From Trichoplax adhaerens (lineage: Eukaryota; Animalia; Placozoa): a stretch of DNA of 64,000 bases. This document shows positions 13,764 through 28,700 of this stretch, piece by piece. Position numbers and translations under genes: made by a program. Each line of letters opens with the position of its first letter. Position 1 is the stretch's first letter. The notes beneath the pieces are model-generated. The model saw only the letters and a program-made list of their open reading frames with translations, was not told the origin of the DNA and did not search any database. The stretch spans positions 1,817,454-1,881,453 of the forward strand of contig NW_002060946.1 in the NCBI RefSeq assembly GCF_000150275.1, read 5' to 3'.

Positions 13764-16700
13764 TTACACAAGTCCAAAACCTTCAGGACATTCATTAATT
13801 GCAGTTGATAGCAAAGAATTCAACTTATCATAAGTTTCATAAGCAGGCAAATCCAGTTGATTAAAACTGTAAAGCAAAGCATACATATCGTCAGTATTTT
13901 GCAGGATAATTTCGTTATATCAAGTCTATAATCAAACGTAAAATATCGACATACCATGTATGAGCACTTGGCAAGCGATCAGTGGACATGTCATCACGAT
14001 GAATACTGAACTTTTGAGGGCCATTCATTCCTTCTAAAGCAGCAAAGCCTTGCAGCGGTACCCGAGAAGTTCCTGTCACAAACTGCAGAAATTTTGCACG
14101 ACTAGCTTGGTCATAAGACCGAAGAGCTCTCCAAAACCATTGGATCTATAATACGAATCAGACATAATACCAACCTGTTATTTTTAGGCTTCACATATTG
14201 CTATATGTCTTTATTACACAAAAAAGTCCATAACATGACTAACCTGTATAGAATCTTTGGTATATTTACTGTAGTCTGTATTGGCTTTTAGATCGTCGAT
14301 GTCAATTGTTGGTAGTCCAGATATGAGCAACTCAAGCTCCTGCGGATCAAAAATAGATATCAAGCGCTTTGGAATAATTTCATAGAATCCTTCCAAAAAT
14401 GAAGCGATTTGCTTTCTAACAGCGCCCGTCATTTTCATTTGGCACATAAGGTGGACATATTCTAGCTTATTTGCTTCAGTTACAGAAATATTGCGACCAT
14501 TGGGTTTTAAATCACGAATTTCAGATTTACCAAATTCACATACATCAGTTGAATATGTTAATTCGTTATCAATTTCACTAATATTATGCTCCAATAAATA
14601 CTTCATACTCTGATAAAATGTATAGTCTTCTGATTCAATGTCGGAATAGTGAACTGCGCTACCTAAGATGTGTTTATACATTGATCGGGAGAAGTAAACG
14701 TCTAAGAGCTTATTATCGAATAACGCCTTGGCAATCATTCTACCAACAAACTTGAAGTATTCCAAATGATAATGATTGACATGCGAACTGCTATTAATAA
14801 TGTACGTAACTCGATCGCCAGATGATGTCGTAAATAACGCATAGTTTGGATTGAAAATCTCTCTTGATATAATAAGATACCATTCCCGCAGCAATCCGCC
14901 CGCGTCTTGCCCATCTTCTCCTTCGAAATGAATAAACATTTTACTCTTCATTTGATCAGCAGTACGTCGACTTAATTCCTTAAAAGAATCTTCAAAAACA
15001 TGTGTTCTTCTGACACGAATAGTAAATCCATCCTCTGGCCGTATCGTATCGTTAAGCTTATCTAATTGTTGCCTAAAGTACTTTCTTTTAACGTCGAAAT
15101 CTAGCAATCGCGTGTGGTTAACAAGTATAGAAAACGGTCCTTCCAATAGAGGCGTCGGAGACTGGCGAAGAATCTGATTTAAGACAGTTCTGTGCTTTTC
15201 TGCAAATTGGACGAATTTTACCGTATCTGGGGGCATCGAAAAGAACGACTCTGAGGTCGAAGGAGTTGGCGTCATCGGCGCAAATTTGGTCAATTGACTC
15301 AATAATTGTTTTTGCGATAAAGGCGAATCCAGGTGTAAAGATTCTTTATCTTCGTTATCGTCTTTTTCCGGACTATGGACAATGAAAAATGCTTCAACTG
15401 CTGGTTGCAATATTAAGACGGCATGACTATCTGAGTCTTCTCCTAGCTCAGACAAACATTCACCAAGTACATCCCAAAGATCATTTAAATCAATTTGCTG
15501 GCTTAAACGAAACGATATCAAATCCCCACTGTGTGGAGAATTAGATAAAATTTCTTTATCCCCGCTGGTTGAAGCAACAGGTTCTTGATTGACAACTTCA
15601 GCATTGCTAGCTACTTGCTGCGAACTCTCAGAATTTTGATTATTATCAGATTGATTACGTAATTGCAATATCACCTTCAGTATTCGTAAAAATAGTGATT
15701 GACTAGAAGTTTTACACGTTAACGGAGCCATAGCTTTAAAATGCTGCTCAACAAGACGTCTACTCCGATTTGTTATCGATATGTTATCGTAACCTGTTCT
15801 AGCATTGCCAACAGAAACTGACGAACGCAATCCTTCACCAACGTTGGGTTTATTGCTACTGGCATCCTGTACGTTTTCAAGAGATCTTTTTTTGTGTTTA
15901 TTCTTCGACGATTCGCGCATTTCATCAAGGAGGCAACAAATATCCTTACGTAGCTGTATTCCTAAAGATTTAGCTCCATGAAGCAATAGATTTAACATAC
16001 AACGTCTCATATGACTTAATGATCTTGATAAATGAATTAAGAAGTTTGTAGCATCTTCTAATCCATCTTCAGAGCACCGACCGGTACACATTACATCAAC
16101 AAATAATCGCAAACGCTCCACTATAACATTCGATATTGACACCCTAGATGCTACAATTCCTGAGATGGCGCTTTCACCAACAGATATTAGTGGAAGACGA
16201 CTTACAGATTTTTCAGTGACTTTAACCTCATCCTTTGGAGGATCTCCTGACGTTTTAGATTCGTCGATTGGCCCCTTCTCGTCTGATTTAATGCCTCCAT
16301 CTAGTTTCGCCAACAATAAATTACTTGGCATATTACTTGCAATAACAAAAAGCAATTTTATGATTCTATCCGTTAAATTTGTACATTGCTTAATGACAGG
16401 ATAGTTTAACATGGAAAGTATTTGGCCAAGAGGGCACCCTTCTAAAGATGACTGTCGTAATGTATTAGCATCTGTCTCCACAACTTTAGATACAGTTTTT
16501 CCGCGATGCAACAGGCTAGTTTGCTCAAGTTTAACGAGATAATCCCAAAAGTCTGTTTCCTGTAGCGAATCAGACGCACCATATTGTCTCTCCTTTGATT
16601 CTTTTATCTCAAGTGCACGGCTTGGTATAAAATGTTGATTATAATTTCTTGCTAGGAAGACTAGTAGATCAACAACCCTACGACAAACCAGAGGCGCGGC

Positions 16701-19700
16701 CAGTGGATGAATACTAATACGACTCTTATAACTTCTACCCTGACCAGATTCTGGCTGAGTCTTTTGAATGCTAAATACATTTGCCTTGCAGCCTAGTGCA
16801 GCATCAACACTCATTGATAACCATAAATTTCTTGATTTATTTTTGGAATTATGGGATTGCAGATGAGTCAGTAGCTCTGTTGAATTACTTGCGCCTTTTG
16901 CAAGAGCATTTTTTTTTGCTTTAGACTGCGCAATTTCATTATTCTCTTGCAGAATGGCAGTTCGACGAAGAATTGATAAAAGAGTGTGAATGATCCACGC
17001 AGCAGTGTGACCATTTTGACATAATGCTTTCACTACTTTGTGTAAGCGATTTAAATTTAACTTTGGCTCATCACAAAACAAAAGAGTTAACAAGCAAGTT
17101 AACGATTCGTGATCTAATATTTTCTGTCCATCCATAACGGTTTGAGTCTTCCTTTTCGATGATTCAATCATCCCTCTTGTATGACGTTCAGAATTACCAG
17201 GTTCATGTATAATTATCGGAGAAAATGGCAGACGATCCCTTCTTCTACTTTCCCTTCCTATTATAACAAATATCACCTCCTATCAATAATAGTTCTGTAG
17301 AAAAGTTATATAAACTTTTTAACTTGTGCAAGTAAAAAATAGTAAAAGTTATACCCTCATCAACAAAATTCAGACGCCCTTGCAGCAGTCTTGCTTGTCT
17401 TAATTCCATTTGCTGACGTAGCTGGCGCGCTTCAGTTTGCAAATCTTGCGGTAACAAATTTACATGAGTATCATCCATATCAGCTAATACAGTTCTTCGT
17501 AAACTTGGGTTTAAATCTCGTACAAACGAAGCCGGGTCGAATGATTGCTCTGACGTGGGCGCAGACGTAGCAGAATTAGTAGAGCGTAATCGACTTTCTT
17601 GCAAGAGAACCTAAGTGAAAAAATATCGTATATCAATTTAGATCAAACACAAAAAAAGGAAAAACTAGCTTCAACACTTACCTCTTCTTGAATCTCTGGA
17701 GGCAGAGCAGCTAAGAACTCTGGGTTGAATGAGCTGACAGGCTCAATCGAAGGTGTTACTGACTGTTGCTGCTGACGACGAGTGCGCTGTATATGATCTC
17801 TTATAACCTCTTCTCTCATATTCTCTGGAATCGCTGAAAGAAACGTCGGGTCAATACCTTCCGGAACGGATAATCCTTCTACAGTCACTTCAGCTTGCGC
17901 CCCACTGCTTGCTCCAACTGCCTCTGCAGTACTGGATGTTCCTCCAATCTCAAGCGTAATCGTTTCACTGCTACGCGAATCTGCTGTGGCGTTTTCTGGT
18001 AATGGCCAAATCAGACGCCCTTCAACGGATGACGCTTGCGGTTGTATGTTGATACTACCCTGCTCTGGTGGAAGTTCCACGTGACTACTACTTTGTGGAG
18101 TAACTAATTGTGATGCCATCGTTTCATCTAATGAAGCAACTTGAGATGTTTGTTCAACTGTAGTGATCGTATCTCCAAGGCGTTCTACCAGCATATTGGG
18201 ATTAACCAATGGAATAATTCTTTCTGTACTTTCACTAGTATCCATTTCTTCTGGTTCTGACGTCCGAGCCTGACTAACTTCAGGTGTTGGCGTTACATCC
18301 ATATCTTCAACATTGCCAGCATTACTTTCCAAGTCCTTTTTGTCATCTTCGGCATGTTTATCATCTATTTTGCTACCTTCGCCCTGAGCTACATTAGCTG
18401 CTTCTGCCATACTTTCATTTCTATACCTCGTAAGAACAGGAGTTAATGCTTCTCTAGCGTTTAAAATACAATCAAAGACGCTTCCACTATCAAGTATCCC
18501 GCATTCTTCTTTCCAACGATGGAGTGTGCTTGTAAACTGATTTCTTCCCTGTAGCTCGTCCATACCATTATCGGGGGACAACACATGAAATCCTTCACTA
18601 TCAAATATAAACTCGGTATGACGTAAAGTAGATCGATCATGTAGCAGTGCAGCACGAAGATTGAGTGCTTCTGTTGCTGCGGCCTGAGCATGATCCAATA
18701 ATCTCTGAAGAACACTATATGAGGAAGCTGATTGTCCAGAAAAACCTACATGCGGGTCACCGAAGAAAGAATTTTGATTAAATCTACCAAGTCTAGTCAA
18801 TCTTTCGGGTCGAGACCAAGAATTCCTCGCAGCTAAATTACTATCCCTTGGTAATCTATCTGATGATCGCATAAGTAAAGGGTGGCTTGTCGGTATATGA
18901 TTAGGATCAAATGTAGCAGAGTCTATATCTGAAAGGTTCGAATGAAATGTAGCCATCCGCATACTAGGCTGACGACGTGATGTGTTTACGTCACCTCTGC
19001 CAAATAAATCTATGTTTAACAGAAATATAATTATTAAATAGCTTAACACATATAACATATACTTGGCGAGTACATACAAGTATATAGATATTTAATGAAT
19101 AAATAAACCCGCATCAAATTGGAATATACCATACCTCCCATTAAAGTTAGCCTTGGGTTTAGGTAGTCACTTTCATTTAAAAACTGTAAAGCACCTATTT
19201 CTTCAACATCAGCATATATCTGATCGTTATCATTCAGATATTCATCTAACTCATTTGCATCTTCAGCATCTATTAAGTCATCACCATCCTCATCGTTATC
19301 ATCATTTCTATCACCATCATCATCATCATCATCTCCGTCAATATCGTCGTTATTATCATCCATTTCAATTTCATGATCATTATCTTCCGAAAATTCTTCA
19401 ACATCGTATAAATTATCGTCAATATTATCTTCGCCCCTATCATTTGTCTCAATATCTTCAATTTCAATATCATTAATTTCTCGGTTTCTGGCAAGATTGC
19501 TTTCCTCAGCAACTTCGCTTACACCACTTGAACTATCAACTTCACTGTGGCTAGATTCAATTTCACTAGTACTACCAATATTTTCAGTGCAAGATCTGTC
19601 ACTCTCTTCAGATTGTGATTCACCATCACTTGCCATATTATCATAAAGTCCATTGTCTTCTTCATCTGCATCATCATCATCATCGTCATCGTCATCGTCA

Positions 19701-22700
19701 TCGTCTTCGTCATCATCATCTTCATCATCATCTTCATCTTCATCTCCATATTCTCCATCGCGAAGGAAATTTTCTATTTGTTCCTGATCAAGACTGGCAT
19801 TGACGTCTGATAATATTATAAATAGTTATAAATAATATATATTCGTTACCGCTTTACAACTCAAATCGGTAATAGTTTAATGTCAACAAACGTTACCTCT
19901 AGTAAATTCCTCACGATCAACCTCTTGGCGTCCAGTAGGATCGTTCATAACAATGTCTTGCATATGTCTCTCTACAGCAACATCCATTGTCGATCCACTA
20001 CTTCTTTCTTGTTGAGTATCGTCAACAGAATCTGCCACTTCCTGCGGAGAAGGTGCAGTATTTGTAACATCGTTTCTTCGCAGTTGATTATTAAATGATC
20101 GATCAAAAGAATCCGATGTCGTGTTAAACATGCGCACAAATGATTCAAGAGGTTTCAGAGCTGCATTTACAATAGTGGGCATGTACTGACTCGATAAGTC
20201 AAGATTGTGTGGTATACGAGCTAAATCGGTTACTAAACCCTTTCGTTTTAGTAGCCGAACAATATGGCTTGGTTTAAGATCTGAATTACTGGCATTAAAT
20301 TTCTGTCGAAATTCAGCTGCTTTTTCATCATTAGAAGATGAATCTATTATTGAAGATATAAGATTTGCTATTGCTTGTAGCGCTAGATATTTACTGTGAC
20401 AAACTGACTGAGATAATACTCTGGACATGGATGCCTTTATTTCAGAGACTAATAATCCTTGAGATTCGGGGAATTCAGACGCTAGAGAGATTGATACCAG
20501 AAACGCGCATGCAGCTGATGAAATTTCTGGATCGTCTTTATCACTTTCAGCCGGCAGTAAATTATCCAAGATATGAGCTAACACTGGAACACCCTTAATA
20601 TAAATTAAAAATTTTTGCTTAAGTTACTAACTGAATTCTAGATAATTATAAATAAGAAAAAAACAGCTATCAGATGAAATTTACGGTAATAAAGTTATCT
20701 CTTTAAATACCTTATTGCTATGATTACTATCCGGTATATATTCAGTTATGAAATGACAACATATCGGATAAGAGTGAACAAGTTCCGAGAGTAGCTGTAA
20801 AATACTTGACTTCTTTAATAGCAATTTTGGAGTCTTGCTGTCGTCAACAATATCAATCTTAGACTTTTTATCAATTTCAATATCATGAAGTTTCTCACTT
20901 TCACGGTCATCAGTTGTTTTCAAAGCGATATTTTTTTCTACTTGTTTCAGATTTGGTTTCATGTACAAACAGTCTAACAATACTTTAAGAACCTGTTGTG
21001 CCGGTGTCGGCAGGGTAGATATGCTAATATCATTTTTAAAATCTCCTGCAAGTTTGACATGCTGCGGTAAAGAGTCGATATTACGTTTATCAAGTTCGGC
21101 ATCCCTCCCATTCCTTTTAGGAGCTGGGATAGTGAAACGCATCATTTTCTTAGAATTTTCAACAAAAATATTTTCGCTTCGACAGATAGCTGGACCAAGT
21201 CTTCTTAGAATGTAATTAAATTCTTTTTGGCTAAGATAGCGATAATCTCTACCACCCTTCATATTCAGTACTTCTTGAATAACGTTTATCATGGCCTGAT
21301 TTAATAAACTCCATTCTTCGAAAATATGACGTAATAACAAAGTAGCCAGAGGCCGAAAACCAACAAAATTAGAAGAATCACTTAGGTTAACTAGGTTACT
21401 GACACCATTGTTTTCAACAAAAATGTAAGCCAGATCATAATCTCGCGTTAATCGCAGACAAATCCTCAAAATAGCATGAACGGTATCTGGATCAGTGATA
21501 ACCTTCAGCAACAAGGCAGAAGATCTACAAGACCAAGAAAACATAGAACTTTGGATTATTAGCAATACTTTTAGAAAGTGTAGTTAGTCATACAAACCTG
21601 ATAATACAAATAGCTTGATCTTTATTAAATCCGTCAAATGGCTCAATATGAACTAGGGGAAAGCAATATTAAATAAACCTTATGGAAATCCGTCGAAAAT
21701 TATCTCTATTATTAAAAACAATATATAATTGTCACGCATACAATTCTCGTCGTTATCTTTGGAGGATTTGGTAGCGCCTTTAGCGGTTTCATTACTAGCT
21801 TCTCCATCAACTGCAGAATGCTCTTCTTTTTGGTTAGACGGTTGAGCCATTAACATAACTGGGCGACGAGTGCCAGTGTCTTCGTTTATCTAGAAATCGG
21901 TGAGAGATAATATTAGAAATTAACCATCTGTATTACAGCTTATGTCGAAAGCCTGAAATCGTCAAGACGCCTACCTGTACCATTAACGTAAAATCAATTG
22001 TATAACGTCTTCGCCCAATCATAAATCTATTACATGGGTATCAACAAGAACAAAACATTTAGTTTATAAACATCAATTGAGACCTATGTCAAGAACACAG
22101 TAAATACCTTAGATTTGTATTTCCAGCCATGTAAGCAGCATTAATTTCTTTATTGGTAGCTTCAGAATAGTTTGACCATCTGCCATTTCGGACTTCATGC
22201 CACTGCCATTGATAGTTAAAATCCTGTAATTAAATAAATAACAATTGAGGACATAATTCACTAAAAAGAATACAGATCCGTAGTTATCTTACAGAGCCTC
22301 TCTTTGCACGTCGTTTCGAAGCAATTGCCATTTTTTCTTGCAAGTCAATGAGTAAAAGCAAAGGTCCTAACCATCTAAAGTATGCATAAACGATTACAAT
22401 TTATTGACTATTTAACCTTTCCAATATTATATATACACATAAAACCTAGCTTACTTAGGATGCTCAAAATTTCCATTGCAAATCAGTAGTTCTTGAGTAA
22501 GAGTGAGTAAACGAATTAACAGGTCTACAAGTGGCGATTTGGCAAGCACAGAGGCACACGGTATCCTCAGCTCCTAAAAAAATGACTATTTTTGAGAAAA
22601 AACTTGCAATGTATGTCTTAGTAGATATTGTCTATATTACCTCCATCAGTAAGCTTATCAACAAAATCTTCGATGTCAGACTTTCAGATATAAATATATC

Positions 22701-25700
22701 TCTTTGGCAGTCATCCGAAGTTGCCAATCTCAGGATTGAATTAATTTCTACACTTGTCTATTAAAGTATATTACTTCAGATTAGATTTGTACTTAACAAG
22801 ATTTTACTACAAAACAACATACTTTGTCTATTAGACCCATTAGAGTTTGCCTTTGCCATTCCATACCATTTCTTCTTGCTACAGTAACAATAACATCACA
22901 AATTCTATAAACTGAATCAGCAGATAATTCTAACAACATTAAACATCCATTGAGAACATCCGCCGTAAAGTTATCTAATTGCTCTTTCGAAATAGCATCG
23001 TATTCCTTTTCAGTTGACACCTGCAAGTTAATGGAGTGTAAAAATGGTTAAATTCGAATTTAAATTGATTTCTAACGTAAAATAATACCTGTTTATTTTC
23101 ATCTTCAGAAGTTTTATTTTGGCCTTGTTCAACCGTAGTCTCATCATTTGAGTCTGATATCTATATAGAATAATCATCTTAGTCTAATGTAATGCATGTA
23201 TTTCAGAAAATATTTCTAACGACTCACAACAGTAACGACACTAGATGAAGCCGCGGCGGCATCAGTCATTGAAGCTTCAATAGCTCTTCGCAATTGATCC
23301 TCTTCCGTAGGTTCAATTTCAGAGAGGTTATTTATGATGTACTCAGTTGCTTGTTCAACTGTTTCACAACAACGCAATGCTGCACGTGCTTGAGTATTAG
23401 AAAATCCCATGTCTAAAAGCTAAAGGTATGAAAAGGGAAATCAAGTAAATTACTGAAGTAATGCAAAGACTATTGATAATATCGTACCTGGATAAGATAA
23501 TTTTCATTAATTGATCTCTCATCATCATTATCTCGCCGAGTTCGTGATTGAGAGTTGCTCGCATTACTATCAACCGTAGAGGATGAGGCTAGTTGGTTAC
23601 CACTACTGCTATCAGCTGAATTAGCAAGTTTCTGCCTAATTACAGTGTCACCATTGATAATCAAGCATGAAATTGTTAGGATACATGACACAATTCCCGG
23701 AGAATGATGCTTAAAGTTGTCTTTGCTCCACATGTATCTTAAGTTATCAAACGCAACCTATCAAAAAAAATTATATTCAACAATATTTTAATATCTATCG
23801 ATATTTTGAATAATCAACTTTAATGTAGTAACTTCAAAATTGAATTCATTTTCGACAATTTAATATATACCTTTTGGGTACGAATCACAAAGTGCAAAGC
23901 GTTAAATGGTTCCTCAGCAGAACTTGAGGCACTACCAGTAGTTTGCAATGGATATTGCGGATCCAACATGGTAGTTGTGTTGACAAAGCGGATAAGTAAA
24001 CTTAGCCATGATTCGAAGAACTCCTCAATTATTTCAGACATATCTCGAGCTACTACATTATCTTTTGGCATAGCTGAGTAGCGTTTATCGCATTCTACTA
24101 CCCATTCAAATGCAGAAAATAATGCTATATCGCATTTAGTCTCAATAAACTTTTTTAACACAATATAATATGGGTATTTTCGATCATCAAAAATAAGATT
24201 TGATGTAATTCCAATCGCACACACCAAAAATACTAATCTAAGTCTATCATATGGAAAACCAGTTGGAGGGCTCCAAGTAAGCGCTTTGTAAAGGAATGAA
24301 CACAACCGAGTTATGATATTCGTAGCAAATTCAGTCGTTACTGGATAATTATTTCGATTACGGTGTTTAGCAGATGGTCCAACACAAGATTTTATTAACA
24401 AAGTGAATAAGTCAGCTATAGCGTGTCCTAAACTCGACGCAGCAGCGAAAAGAGGTTTCACAAGTGGGCGCACAATCTCCGCTAAATTCGACATTTTGGT
24501 CTGCCAAGTCGTATCATCACACTCTTCTTCAATAGTTCTAAGTGCTTCCATCATTACCCCAAATTCTTTTTTATCTTTCTTTGAAATTATCTCCGAAAAA
24601 GCATTTAATAATCCTTCGGATATTTTATTACGACGCTTTATGAAAGTACTTGGAGATACTGATACATCTTTAATATCTTCGATGGCCTTATCTCTTCCAC
24701 GGATATTTCCAAATTGTATAACTTCACTTACATTTTTCTGATCGCTTTCAGAAGATTCCGCGTTTATACTTTCCTTAGAAGGTTCCTTTTCCTCTGGTGT
24801 GTTACAATATTCATTCGTAGTAGCTTTTACAGTTACGCTAGTTTGATAGGCATCAAAAACTCCTCTAAATGTCACTAAAATACTTTTCCAATACTTTTGA
24901 CAAAACTTCGGTTCTTCAGGTAGTGAGCCAGATTTCCCGAGAGCATGAAGAATTCCAGTTTCAAAGATTAGGGTTAAATAAATGTCCGATAAAGATCCTA
25001 GTAAGGACAAACCATCATCTGATCCCCATTCTTTAATACATACCGCTTGAACGGATAACTATAAAATATTAAACAAACATATATATAAATATATATATAT
25101 ATATACAGTATATTGTACTGTATAATACTTGTAAATAAGATTAGCTAGGCTTTTAGTTACTGACTAACCTGTCCTGTTCGACAAACTTGAGTTAGCATAT
25201 TGACGTAACTACTTGCTGAGCTCAAATAGTGTAATATAGGTGTAGTTTTAAACGACTCTGCTGCAGTTTCTAAATTGTTACAACACGATAGTTCCTTTAA
25301 CAACATAGAACCGGACATAGATGTTGATGTAGGACATTCTTGTAAATTGACAAGTATCTTCTTGAAAGCATTAAATGCTGTCCTTAATACGGTACCATCA
25401 CGAGAGAGATTCATAATATCTTTTGCAACTTGGGAAACTGATTGACAAGGTGTTGTTGTAGGATACTCCAGAGGCAAATTAGGTAATGCAAATAATTCCA
25501 TAAGAGGTACAAGACCATTTTGTCGGATAAAATCATGACAATGATCATCTATTCTATGATTACCAATAATCGACTCTAAAAACTTTGCCACATTAAATAT
25601 GTAGTCAAGTAGCGGAATTGATTTCCGTTTTTGAATGTCATCTTTATCCCCAACTTCCCTAGATATTATTGCTAGAGAAGATGTATTGTCTGTTTCGTCT

Positions 25701-28700
25701 TCTTCATCAGAGCTAACATCTGCATTTCGATTACGGGATTCTTGACCACCATCTGGGATATTCTTGCTTGGGCTAGTCAAACAAGAGTATTGATCATCTG
25801 TACCTAAGGAGACCAGCTCTTTTATTAGTTCTATAATTGCATTCATAGCGTCAGTTCTGATAGACGGCTGGTGCCGCATGAACTCGTCCATTGCAACACC
25901 TAAGTTAAAAGCCGTATCGCCAGGTTGATCAGAACTACGTCGCCGTCGCATTGCAGGTAAATATTCTTCTGATACTAAGACTCTAAAGAGCCTTCGGAAC
26001 GGTTTAATCTTTACCAACTGCTCTAAACCTCTCGAATTTAGACATAAGGCACCTAACACATTAGGTAGAGAACTGAGAACTTCTCGGGTAGCAGGAACCT
26101 CTTTTTCAATTAAGGCCTTGATGATAATTGAACTAAGGCCATTATTCTGTAATACCGATAGTACAGTTGGTTCTTGAAAGATGTACACAGCTACTACATC
26201 TGTTGCAGATAAGAACAGCGATGCTCCGTAATAGTTAGCATTACTAATCATATGTTTTAATGATTTGGGCAAAGATGTATCCATTAATCCGCGTATATTA
26301 TCAGAAAAAGCGGGTTCTGGCATTGCTTTTTTAAGAAAATTAAGTATCGATTTTAATAGAGCTGCACGTAAAGGAAGGCATTGCTTGTTATTGGTATTTT
26401 TCTGTTGGCATTCATCACCACGTTTACCATCTGCATCTTCAATATCCATTATTTCATCATTACTTCGAAGCGTAGTAGATTCTACTGTATTCTCTACGTC
26501 CATTTCTTCGCTTCTATTAACTAGGGTAGAACCATCATCGTCTCTAACAGTATCAGCATTATATGCATGGTCACATAGGTCAACAGACATTGGAGATGGA
26601 TCACTAGCTTCTGTACCACTAGCTTCAACATTTAATCTCTGACTTGTATCTAGCCTAGCTCCTTCACTTATGTTAGTTTCATCACCATTAACAGATATTA
26701 CATATGGTACTACTTGACGACATACGTTAACTTCATGCTAAAAAAAAATTTGTAATCACAATTACTGTGAAAAAAATATTTATAAGAAAAAGACAATAAA
26801 ACAGAATATACAAACCTCTAATCTTGTGATGAAACAATTTAAACCATCATGATTTTGGAATGCTGTCATATCTAGATTTGTTATTAAGTCAATAACTCGC
26901 ACAGCTCTAGTAACAAACTATAATTTATGGTAAAAGACAAACAATTAGACAGACCACTAGCAATGCTTACAAATGTGAAACTATTTAAATATTCTTAAGT
27001 ACTAACAGAAATGTATTCATGACTGGTTCCAGGATGTCGTACAACTCGCAATAGGCAATCAACCAATCCAGATGAAACTAGAGCTTCACCGCCTTATGTT
27101 CATAAAAATTAGTAATAATTAGAAACCTAAGACTTGAACACCATGCCTTGTAAAATAATAAACTAAATCGACAAAATTTTCTAATACTTATTTATCTACC
27201 TGCTTCATAACTTGCCAAGTGGTATAAAAACGAAAACAGGGCAGTTGTCATTGGCGTTGAACGTCTACTGTGGCATTCTATATTATTACAGAATTATAAT
27301 AAAAATTAACCTACGATCGCAACGGCAAATTAACAATATCTAACATACGTAAAATTATCACCTTTAGAAGAAGTCATTTTTTCAACAACGGCATGTACTA
27401 GCGAAGGTAGGAACCCATGATAAGACGAGGCACCAGTCGCTTCTATAATATTATTAATCCTGCATAATTGCATAAATTATTGAATTATTACACACTGTCG
27501 CAAACTCTGATAATTAAAATAACATACTGGCCGATTCATTTAATAGCTGAACTTTGAAGACCTTTACTTTATATAAAAAGTTCAATTAAAAAATAAATAG
27601 TAATGTACACATGACTGCCACAGCTATACCTTGGATTCCTGTCCAGATGAATAACGGATGTCAAGGTTCGAAGGACAGCAGCTTTAATTTCCATTATTTC
27701 CTTCAATTTTAAAAATATAACCGTAAATAATACGAATCCAGTCTACAGAACGAACAATTGATTACATTTAGCATACCATAGATTGCTTGCTGTGATTTCC
27801 ATAATCACTTTCTAAGACTTCAACTAATTCCTCAATGAGGCCAGGATACAGAATCGAATTGAGAACATCTTGGCTGACACTACAATAAACTGTAATAATA
27901 TAGTATACATGCAACGAATAAGAATTTCATAGTTGTTACATATTAGGATTATAAATCATCTGTCAAATATATTACTAAAGTCGCACCATGTAATCTAATT
28001 AATTAAACATTACCGAGGATGGATGTAGCCTGTAATCTAGCTTCTATACACTTCAAACGCTTTTCATAACGTGAAAATGTACTGGCCAGTAAAACACGCG
28101 TGAACAATTGCATCTGCGAAAAATTTTTATCAAATAAAAAAAATTGTTGGGAACAGTTAACACTGATACAATTCTCTGAAGAAATTTTAACTTTTTGGAC
28201 AATAATGAACACAAACACAAAGACGCAAGTTTCATTCTTGATTAACCTGTAAACTTTCTGGTATGTTATAAACCGACATTAACTGCGACATAATCTCACA
28301 AGGATTTTCTGAATACTGCAATATTTAAATATCAAAGCGAGAAATTAAAATCAATTCTTGTTTTCATAAAGTTATGATGAGTGGATGCATATAATTACTT
28401 ACCTTATCTAAATTCTCTAGGTGAATTGTGTATAACACATTAACCGCTTGGGCGTCATCCTACAAGATTAATTTCCAAAATATCACAATAATGTCACTTT
28501 TTAAATTCCAAAAAACAATAATTCTAACCTTTATAATAGCATCGGCAGGAGTATTCATGTGGTACTCAAAATGCAGTGTAGTCGCACTAGCTGGAAATTC
28601 CTATTTGTTATCGTAACGCAATACTGAGCATGATATAAGACACTAAAATAATTATAGTATTATTTGATTTCTAGTGCTCACTGTAATAGGTATGTCTCTT

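Noticed and set aside
19153-19803. His-rich (+) and Met-rich (-) ORFs
   Set aside because: These are antisense or alternative-frame readings of the HUWE1 poly-Asp GAT repeats.
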